From: Escherichia coli | GTDB lineage: Bacteria > Pseudomonadota > Gammaproteobacteria > Enterobacterales > Enterobacteriaceae | DNA: 64,000 nucleotides | Assembly: GCF_030384885.1 (NCBI RefSeq) | Contig: NZ_CP128613.1 | Strand: one strand, 5' to 3' | Shown: positions 54,278 through 64,000 of the stretch, piece by piece | Position numbering within the stretch: position 1 is the first letter of the stretch | How the letters are laid out: each line of letters starts with the position of its first letter | Made by a program: the position numbers and the translations under genes | The notes under the pieces: model-generated | What the model saw: the letters and a program-made list of their open reading frames with translations, nothing else | Told to the model about the DNA's origin: nothing | Databases searched by the model: none

Positions 54278-54398
54278 TTACACTGACTGAAACGTTTTTG
54301 CCCTATGAGCTCCGGTTACAGGCGTTTCAGTCATAAATCCTCTGAATGAAACGCGTTGTGAATCATCCTGCTCTGACAACTCAATTTCAGGAGCCTTT

Positions 54399-56210
54399 AT
54401 GAATCCACAATTGTTACGCGTAACAAATCGAATCATTGAACGTTCGCGCGAGACTCGCTCTGCTTACCTCGCCCGGATAGAACAAGCGAAAACTTCGACC
54501 GTTCATCGTTCGCAGTTGGCATGTGGTAACCTGGCACACGGTTTCGCTGCCTGCCAGCCAGAAGACAAAGCCTCTTTGAAAAGCATGTTGCGTAACAATA
54601 TCGCCATCATCACTTCCTATAACGACATGCTCTCCGCACACCAGCCTTATGAACACTATCCAGAAATCATTCGTAAAGCCCTGCATGAAGCGAATGCGGT
54701 TGGTCAGGTTGCGGGCGGTGTTCCGGCGATGTGTGATGGTGTCACCCAGGGGCAGGATGGAATGGAATTGTCGCTGTTAAGCCGCGAAGTGATTGCGATG
54801 TCTGCGGCGGTGGGGCTGTCCCATAACATGTTTGATGGTGCGCTGTTCCTCGGTGTGTGCGACAAGATTGTCCCCGGGCTGACGATGGCAGCCCTGTCGT
54901 TTGGGCATTTGCCTGCGGTGTTTGTGCCGTCAGGTCCGATGGCAAGCGGTTTGCCAAATAAAGAAAAAGTGCGGATTCGCCAGCTTTATGCTGAAGGTAA
55001 AGTGGACCGCATGGCGCTGCTGGAGTCAGAAGCTGCGTCTTATCATGCTCCAGGGACATGTACTTTCTACGGTACCGCCAATACGAATCAGATGGTGGTG
55101 GAGTTTATGGGGATGCAGTTGCCGGGCTCTTCTTTTGTTCATCCGGACTCCCCGCTGCGCGATGCTTTGACCGCTGCCGCTGCGCGCCAGGTTACACGCA
55201 TGACCGGCAATGGTAATGAATGGATGCCGATCGGTAAGATGATCGATGAGAAAGTGGTGGTGAACGGTATCGTTGCACTGCTGGCGACCGGTGGTTCCAC
55301 TAACCACACCATGCACCTGGTGGCGATGGCGCGCGCAGCCGGTATTCAGATTAACTGGGATGACTTCTCTGACCTTTCTGATGTTGTACCGCTGATGGCA
55401 CGTCTCTACCCGAACGGTCCGGCCGATATTAACCACTTCCAGGCGGCAGGTGGCGTACCGGTTCTGGTGCGTGAACTGCTCAAAGCAGGCCTGCTGCATG
55501 AAGATGTCAATACGGTGGCAGGCTTTGGTCTGTCTCGTTATACCCTTGAACCATGGCTGAATAATGGTGAACTGGACTGGCGGGAAGGGGCAGAAAAATC
55601 ACTCGACAACAATGTGATCGCTTCCTTCGAACAACCTTTCTCTCATCATGGCGGGACAAAAGTGTTAAGCGGTAACCTGGGCCGAGCGGTTATGAAAACC
55701 TCTGCCGTGCCGGTAGAGAACCAGGTGATTGAAGCGCCTGCGGTTGTTTTTGAAAGCCAGCATGACGTTATGCCGGCCTTTGAAGCGGGTTTGCTGGACC
55801 GCGATTGTGTCGTTGTTGTCCGTCATCAGGGGCCAAAAGCGAACGGAATGCCAGAATTACATAAACTCATGCCGCCACTTGGTGTATTATTGGACCGGTG
55901 TTTCAAAATTGCGTTAGTTACCGATGGACGACTCTCCGGCGCTTCAGGTAAAGTGCCGTCAGCTATCCACGTAACACCAGAAGCCTACGATGGCGGGCTG
56001 CTGGCAAAAGTGCGCGACGGGGACATCATTCGTGTGAATGGACAGACAGGCGAACTGACGCTGCTGGTAGACGAAGCGGAACTGGCTGCTCGCGAACCAC
56101 ACATTCCTGACCTGAGCGCGTCACGCGTGGGAACAGGACGTGAATTATTCAGCGCCTTGCGCGAAAAACTGTCCGGTGCCGAACAGGGCGCAACCTGTAT
56201 CACTTTTTAA
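54399..56210 (+). CDS. edd: Phosphogluconate dehydratase Edd (603 aa)
   Basis: [52 protein letters not shown]... Confidence 0.97.
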   Translation: MNPQLLRVTNRIIERSRETRSAYLARIEQAKTSTVHRSQLACGNLAHGFAACQPEDKASLKSMLRNNIAIITSYNDMLSAHQPYEHYPEIIRKALHEANAVGQVAGGVPAMCDGVTQGQDGMELSLLSREVIAMSAAVGLSHNMFDGALFLGVCDKIVPGLTMAALSFGHLPAVFVPSGPMASGLPNKEKVRIRQLYAEGKVDRMALLESEAASYHAPGTCTFYGTANTNQMVVEFMGMQLPGSSFVHPDSPLRDALTAAAARQVTRMTGNGNEWMPIGKMIDEKVVVNGIVALLATGGSTNHTMHLVAMARAAGIQINWDDFSDLSDVVPLMARLYPNGPADINHFQAAGGVPVLVRELLKAGLLHEDVNTVAGFGLSRYTLEPWLNNGELDWREGAEKSLDNNVIASFEQPFSHHGGTKVLSGNLGRAVMKTSAVPVENQVIEAPAVVFESQHDVMPAFEAGLLDRDCVVVVRHQGPKANGMPELHKLMPPLGVLLDRCFKIALVTDGRLSGASGKVPSAIHVTPEAYDGGLLAKVRDGDIIRVNGQTGELTLLVDEAELAAREPHIPDLSASRVGTGRELFSALREKLSGAEQGATCITF

Positions 56211-56246
56211 GACGACAAATTTGTAATCAGGCGAGAGAAAACTCTG

Positions 56247-56888
56247 ATGAAAAACTGGAAAACAAGTGCAGAATCAATCCTCACCACCGGCCCGGTTGTA
56301 CCGGTTATCGTGGTAAAAAAACTGGAACACGCGGTGCCGATGGCAAAAGCGTTGGTTGCTGGTGGGGTGCGCGTTCTGGAAGTGACTCTGCGTACCGAGT
56401 GTGCAGTTGACGCTATCCGTGCTATCGCCAAAGAAGTGCCTGAAGCGATTGTGGGTGCCGGTACGGTGCTGAATCCACAGCAGCTGGCAGAAGTCACCGA
56501 AGCGGGTGCACAGTTCGCAATTAGCCCGGGTCTGACCGAGCCGCTGCTGAAAGCTGCTACCGAAGGGACTATTCCTCTGATTCCGGGGATCAGCACTGTT
56601 TCCGAACTGATGCTGGGTATGGACTACGGTTTGAAAGAGTTCAAATTCTTCCCGGCTGAAGCTAACGGCGGCGTGAAAGCCCTGCAGGCTATCGCGGGTC
56701 CGTTCTCCCAGGTCCGTTTCTGCCCGACTGGTGGTATTTCTCCGGCTAACTACCGTGACTACCTGGCGCTGAAAAGCGTGCTCTGCATCGGTGGTTCCTG
56801 GCTGGTTCCGGCAGATGCGCTGGAAGCGGGCGATTACGACCGCATTACTAAGCTGGCGCGTGAAGCTGTAGAAGGCGCTAAGCTATAA
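56247..56888 (+). CDS. eda: KDPG aldolase Eda (213 aa)
   Basis: [51 protein letters not shown]... Confidence 0.97.
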
Positions 56889-56896
56889 AAGTCAAA

Positions 56897-56924
56897 ATGC
56901 CCGATCGTGAATCGGGCATTTTTG
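56897..56924 (+). terminator. Rho-independent terminator after eda
   Basis: Stem atgcccgat/atcgggcat followed by TTTTG. Confidence 0.8.
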
Positions 56925-56942
56925 TAGCGTTTTTCGCCGGGG

Positions 56943-58121
56943 TTAAGCTTGTACTTTTACCTGTGCTGCGGCGTGCTTTGCGCGCTCAATCGCTTCATCA
57001 ACACTCTCAGCGGTCGCCAGCGCTACACCCAGACGACGGCTGCCATCAATTTCCGGCTTACCAAATAAACGAATCTGCAAACCTGCGCCTACGGCATTCT
57101 GCACATTATCAAACGTGACATTCTGACTGGTCAGTTGTGGCAGGATAACGGCAGAAGCTGCAGGGCCATACTGGCGGATCCCGCCAACCGGAAGTCCGAG
57201 GAAAGCACGCACATGCAGGGCAAATTCCGAGAGATCCTGAGAAATTAACGTCACCATCCCGGTGTCATGCGGGCGAGGGGAGACCTCACTGAAAATCACC
57301 TCATCACCACAGACAAACAGCTCGACACCAAACAGACCATAACCGCCCAGTGCCAGTACTACTTTGCGGGCAATCTCCTGCGCACGTTTCAGAGCCAGCT
57401 GACTCATTTGCTGCGGTTGCCAGGATTCACGATAGTCGCCATCTTCCTGGCGATGACCTACCGGTGCACAGAAATGGACGCCATCCACTGCGCTGACGGT
57501 TAGCAGGGTAATTTCGAAGTCAAACTTAACGACGCCTTCAACAATCACGCGGCCCGCTCCGGCGCGTCCACCTTGCTGAGCGTATTCCCACGCATGTGTA
57601 AGCTGCTCGGCGGAACGAATAAACGTCTGCCCTTTGCCGGAAGAGCTCATTACCGGTTTAACTATGCAGGGATAGCCAATAGCGGCAACTGCTTCGCGGA
57701 AAAGACTTTCACTATCGGCAAAACGATAAGTTGAAGTGGGTAGCTGCAGTTCTTCTGCCGCCAGGCGACGGATACCCTCGCGATTCATCGTTAATTTCGT
57801 TGCGCGAGCGCAGGGGACAACATTCCGTCCTTCCTTTTCAAGCTGAATCAGCATATCGGTGGCAATAGCTTCGATCTCCGGCACGATATAATGTGGTTTT
57901 TCCAGTTCAACCACACGGCGTAATGCATCACCATCAAGCATATTAATGACATGGGAGCGATGCGCGACATGCATGGCTGGTGCGTCGGCATAGCGATCGA
58001 CGGCAATCACCTCTACGCCGAGACGCTGACACTCGATTGCCGCTTCTTTACCCAGTTCACCGGAGCCTAATAACATCACGCGAGTTGCTGCCGGACGCAG
58101 CGCAGTGCCTAATAACGTCAT
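56943..58121 (-). CDS. purT: Formate-dependent GAR transformylase PurT (392 aa)
   Basis: [44 protein letters not shown]...; ATP-grasp. Confidence 0.95.
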   Translation of the reverse strand: MTLLGTALRPAATRVMLLGSGELGKEAAIECQRLGVEVIAVDRYADAPAMHVAHRSHVINMLDGDALRRVVELEKPHYIVPEIEAIATDMLIQLEKEGRNVVPCARATKLTMNREGIRRLAAEELQLPTSTYRFADSESLFREAVAAIGYPCIVKPVMSSSGKGQTFIRSAEQLTHAWEYAQQGGRAGAGRVIVEGVVKFDFEITLLTVSAVDGVHFCAPVGHRQEDGDYRESWQPQQMSQLALKRAQEIARKVVLALGGYGLFGVELFVCGDEVIFSEVSPRPHDTGMVTLISQDLSEFALHVRAFLGLPVGGIRQYGPAASAVILPQLTSQNVTFDNVQNAVGAGLQIRLFGKPEIDGSRRLGVALATAESVDEAIERAKHAAAQVKVQA

Positions 58122-58157
58122 AACGAATATCCCCTGATTAATTCCGCGCGCAGTATA

Positions 58158-58173
58158 AACGAAAACGTTTGCG
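58158..58173 (-). promoter_or_regulatory. PurR box upstream of purT (acgaaaacgtttgcgc on the plus strand)
   Basis: Reverse complement matches the PurR operator consensus ACGCAAACGTTTTCNT at 15 of 16 positions. Confidence 0.7.
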
Positions 58174-58219
58174 CGTGTCTTTATTGTTGATGTTGATTTC
58201 CCAATCGAGAAGAAATATA

Positions 58220-58235
58220 CTGTATAAAATCACAG
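58220..58235. promoter_or_regulatory. LexA (SOS) box CTGTATAAAATCACAG upstream of yebG
   Basis: Exact CTGT-N8-ACAG consensus; yebG is a known SOS gene. Confidence 0.8.
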
Positions 58236-58254
58236 TTATTATGAGAGGCTGCAA

Positions 58255-58545
58255 ATGGCGGTTGAAGTTAAATACGTAGTCATTCGTGAGGGCGAAGAGA
58301 AAATGTCGTTTACCAGCAAAAAGGAAGCCGATGCTTATGACAAAATGCTTGATACGGCGGATCTGCTTGACACCTGGCTGACAAATTCTCCAGTGCAAAT
58401 GGAAGACGAGCAACGTGAAGCCCTTTCGCTATGGCTGGCAGAACAAAAAGATGTGCTGAGCACCATTCTGAAAACCGGCAAATTACCGTCCCCACAGGTC
58501 GTCGGTGCTGAATCCGAAGAGGAAGATGCCTCACACGCGGCCTGA
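58255..58545 (+). CDS. yebG: SOS-inducible protein YebG (96 aa)
   Basis: MAVEVKYVVIREGEEKMSFTSKKEADAYDKMLDTADLLDTWL... Confidence 0.93.
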   Translation: MAVEVKYVVIREGEEKMSFTSKKEADAYDKMLDTADLLDTWLTNSPVQMEDEQREALSLWLAEQKDVLSTILKTGKLPSPQVVGAESEEEDASHAA

Positions 58546-58563
58546 AGCAACTTGCGCTCCTGA

Positions 58564-58968
<405 letters not shown>

Positions 58969-59294
58969 TGGCCTCTGATAATTCGATTGACCGTCGGCGG
59001 ATGCGGCGCGAGTGCCTGGTCCGCCCTACAAGGCACCTCAATTGTAGGCCTGAGAAGACGCAACAGCGTCGCATCGGGCAATCAGCATCAAACAATGCCA
59101 CTCAAAACGTCAAATTACGTTCACCTAAAATACCCTTATCACCTGATATACAGTGAACACCTTACCTGGCGCGAATTTCTTTGAATAACGGCCTGCCGAC
59201 CCGCTTATTTGCGCATCTTTTGTCTCGATATACATTTTCTGACATCCTCATCCGCTATGCTACAGGCACTAAAAATGGTTATTGAGGAGCAAAT

Positions 59295-59954
59295 ATGGCT
59301 AACTGGTTAAATCAACTGCAATCCCTGCTTGGGCAAAGCAGTTCTTCTACCTCCTCGTCTGCGGATCAGGGATTGGGCAAACTTTTAGTGCCTGGCGCAT
59401 TAGGCGGACTGGCTGGGCTGCTGGTCGCAAATAAATCAGCACGTAAACTTCTTACGAAATATGGCACCAACGCGTTGCTGCTTGGCGGCGGAGCGGTAGC
59501 GGGTACGGTGCTGTGGAATAAATACAAAGATAAAATTCGCGCGGCGCATCAGGACGAACCGCAGTTTGGCGCGCAAAGTACGCCGCTGGATGAGCGTACG
59601 GCACGTTTGATCCTTGCGCTGGTCTTTGCCGCTAAAAGTGATGGTCATATTGATGCCAGAGAACGTGCGGTAATCGACCAGCAATTGCGTGAAGCCGGCG
59701 TGGAAGAGCAGGGGCGTTTACTCATTGAGCAGGCAATCGAACAACCGCTGGATCCACAACGCCTGGCTACCGGGGTCCGCAATGAAGAAGAGGCGCTGGA
59801 AATCTATTTCCTGAGCTGCGCGGCTATTGATATTGACCATTTTATGGAACGCAGTTACCTGAATGCCCTGGGTGACGCGCTGAAAATCCCCCAGGATGTT
59901 CGTGAAGGTATTGAACGCGATCTCGAACAGCAAAAACGTACTTTGGCGGAATAA
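59295..59954 (+). CDS. yebE: Inner membrane protein YebE (DUF533; 219 aa)
   Basis: [44 protein letters not shown]... Confidence 0.9.
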   Translation: MANWLNQLQSLLGQSSSSTSSSADQGLGKLLVPGALGGLAGLLVANKSARKLLTKYGTNALLLGGGAVAGTVLWNKYKDKIRAAHQDEPQFGAQSTPLDERTARLILALVFAAKSDGHIDARERAVIDQQLREAGVEEQGRLLIEQAIEQPLDPQRLATGVRNEEEALEIYFLSCAAIDIDHFMERSYLNALGDALKIPQDVREGIERDLEQQKRTLAE

Positions 59955-60135
59955 TTCCGCTCTCTGGATAGCCTGAAGTTGACTATTTCGGGCTATCCAG
60001 AACCGCACAGCCATTTGAACAGGCTGATCTTCTCTGTCTGCATAACATTCGAAATCCGCGCCATTACCTGTCATCATCTAAGCAATGACTCCCCTGTTTC
60101 GCTTGCATCCCCGGTGAGTTTTGCCACCCTTATAA

Positions 60136-62882
<2,747 letters not shown>

Positions 62883-62905
62883 GGCATGCTCCAGGCCGAA
62901 AAAGC

Positions 62906-63562
62906 CTAGCGTAATGGAATGATATCGCCTTGCCAACCCTGTGATGAACGCTGACCGACTAACAATAATGAACCACGATCGGCGCGAACGATGAGACGAC
63001 CATGTTCATCCCATAGTGCACTGTTACCACGGGCATTTGCCATCAGCACGGCAATTGAGTACTGATGTGAAAAAAATTGTAAGCGGCGGGTCGACGCCAG
63101 CAGGTCGGGTTCCCCCAGACATTGCCCTGTCGTAAATAGTGAACAGGTCGGATCCATATCCATACCTTGCGGTTGTTCATCGACCACCGTGATGGTTCTG
63201 GAACGACGGCCCAGACATGCACCATGACTCTGATGGTAGATCCCTGGCGTTTTTCGCCACGGTGCGAACACCGCAATTCCACGAATAAAGCGATCATTAT
63301 ATTCAACGGGAAGGCCGGCAATGATGGTCATTCGCCAGGTCGTTGCAGCATAACAAAGCGGGTCTAACAGCGAGAGATCGGGTGGGGCAGGAAGGGCACG
63401 TCGCGAATAATCACACCCCAGTAAAGAAAGCGATGGAAAAACTAACAGCTGACATTGTTGCCTGGCAGCGGCCCTCACAAACTCCAGATGATGAGCTACC
63501 TGTTCGGTCAGTGAGGTTTTACGAGGCTCATATTGCGCTGCTGCAACTTTCCAGAACGACAT
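62906..63562 (-). CDS. yobB: C-N hydrolase (nitrilase superfamily) protein YobB (218 aa)
   Basis: MSFWKVAAAQYEPRKTSLTEQVAHHLEFVRAAARQQCQLLVFPSLSL... Confidence 0.88.
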   Translation of the reverse strand: MSFWKVAAAQYEPRKTSLTEQVAHHLEFVRAAARQQCQLLVFPSLSLLGCDYSRRALPAPPDLSLLDPLCYAATTWRMTIIAGLPVEYNDRFIRGIAVFAPWRKTPGIYHQSHGACLGRRSRTITVVDEQPQGMDMDPTCSLFTTGQCLGEPDLLASTRRLQFFSHQYSIAVLMANARGNSALWDEHGRLIVRADRGSLLLVGQRSSQGWQGDIIPLR

Positions 63563-63663
63563 AATGACTTCCTTTTCAAAATGACTGCAAATTATGGGTG
63601 CGGTTTAGAAAATACTCATAATTTAGCAGGCGTTATGTAAGAAAGTGTAACTCTGTATAAGTT

Positions 63664-63894
63664 TTATTTAAGTTTGGGCTCGTAAGGTAAACGTGACAGA
63701 TTGACCGAAGCCAAACGGTGGGCGATAAGCCGCTCGCGAAACCAGCTGCGCAAATGTTCAGGCTGTTCACGTTCAACCGCTTCAGCGATCACCGGCATAT
63801 TGTAGCGTTCTTTAAATGCCACCCCGGCTGCCGCCAAATCGACATTCACTTTATCCATTTCTGTTTGATCCAGTTTAGCCAGATTCTTCAGCAT
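63664..63894 (-). CDS. holE: DNA polymerase III theta subunit HolE (76 aa)
   Basis: Track ORF 63664-63981 trimmed to the ATG at complement 63894 with RBS GGAG: [52 protein letters not shown]... Confidence 0.9.
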
Positions 63895-64000
63895 TCTTAA
63901 TCTCCTCATCATTCGCGGGCAAAAGTTACTAAGAGTGAGCCTGGATGGCAAGCCGGAATTGATGATCCTCGACTCAGACATTAGACAAGGTTATGCTCTG

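Overview
This window reads as an Escherichia coli chromosomal segment, almost entirely conserved core genome, in reverse orientation relative to the K-12 map (my recollection of K-12; no database search was possible). Gene order is yecR(partial)-azuC-yecJ-ftnB-araFGH-otsBA-uspC-flhDC-motAB-cheAW-tar-tap-cheRBYZ-flhBAE-yecT-argS-yecM-cutC-torYZ-cmoBA-yecN-yecE-yecD-aspS-nudB-yebC-ruvC-yebB-[two unassigned ORFs]-ruvAB-znuBC/znuA-mepM-lpxM-pykA-hexR-zwf-edd-eda-purT-yebGFE-ptrB-exoX-yobB-holE. I found no rRNA, tRNA, CRISPR array, IS element or prophage. Gene starts were refined from the ORF track by matching remembered protein N-termini and checking start codons and RBS in the sequence. Recognisable regulatory sites include two near-identical CRP palindromes (azuC, flhDC), two consensus sigma-28 promoters (motA, tar), LexA boxes (ruvAB, yebG), a Zur box (znuA/znuCB), a PurR box (purT), several intrinsic terminators and REP/BIME elements. 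The one region I cannot assign to known genes is an AT-rich ~1.5 kb stretch (about 41.4-42.9 kb) between yebB and the ruvAB SOS promoter. It carries a co-oriented gene pair: a 274-aa signal-peptide protein and a 194-aa three-helix inner-membrane protein with a cysteine-containing predicted periplasmic domain. This is the best candidate for an undescribed accessory module; its function is unknown and its absence from K-12 rests on my memory, so it needs a homology search. Other findings are smaller: an intact IS-free flhDC control region, the MotR and AzuCR RNA loci, the CheA short-form internal start, a possible 3-codon difference at the nudB N-terminus, and paired inverted repeats around yecT and upstream of pykA.
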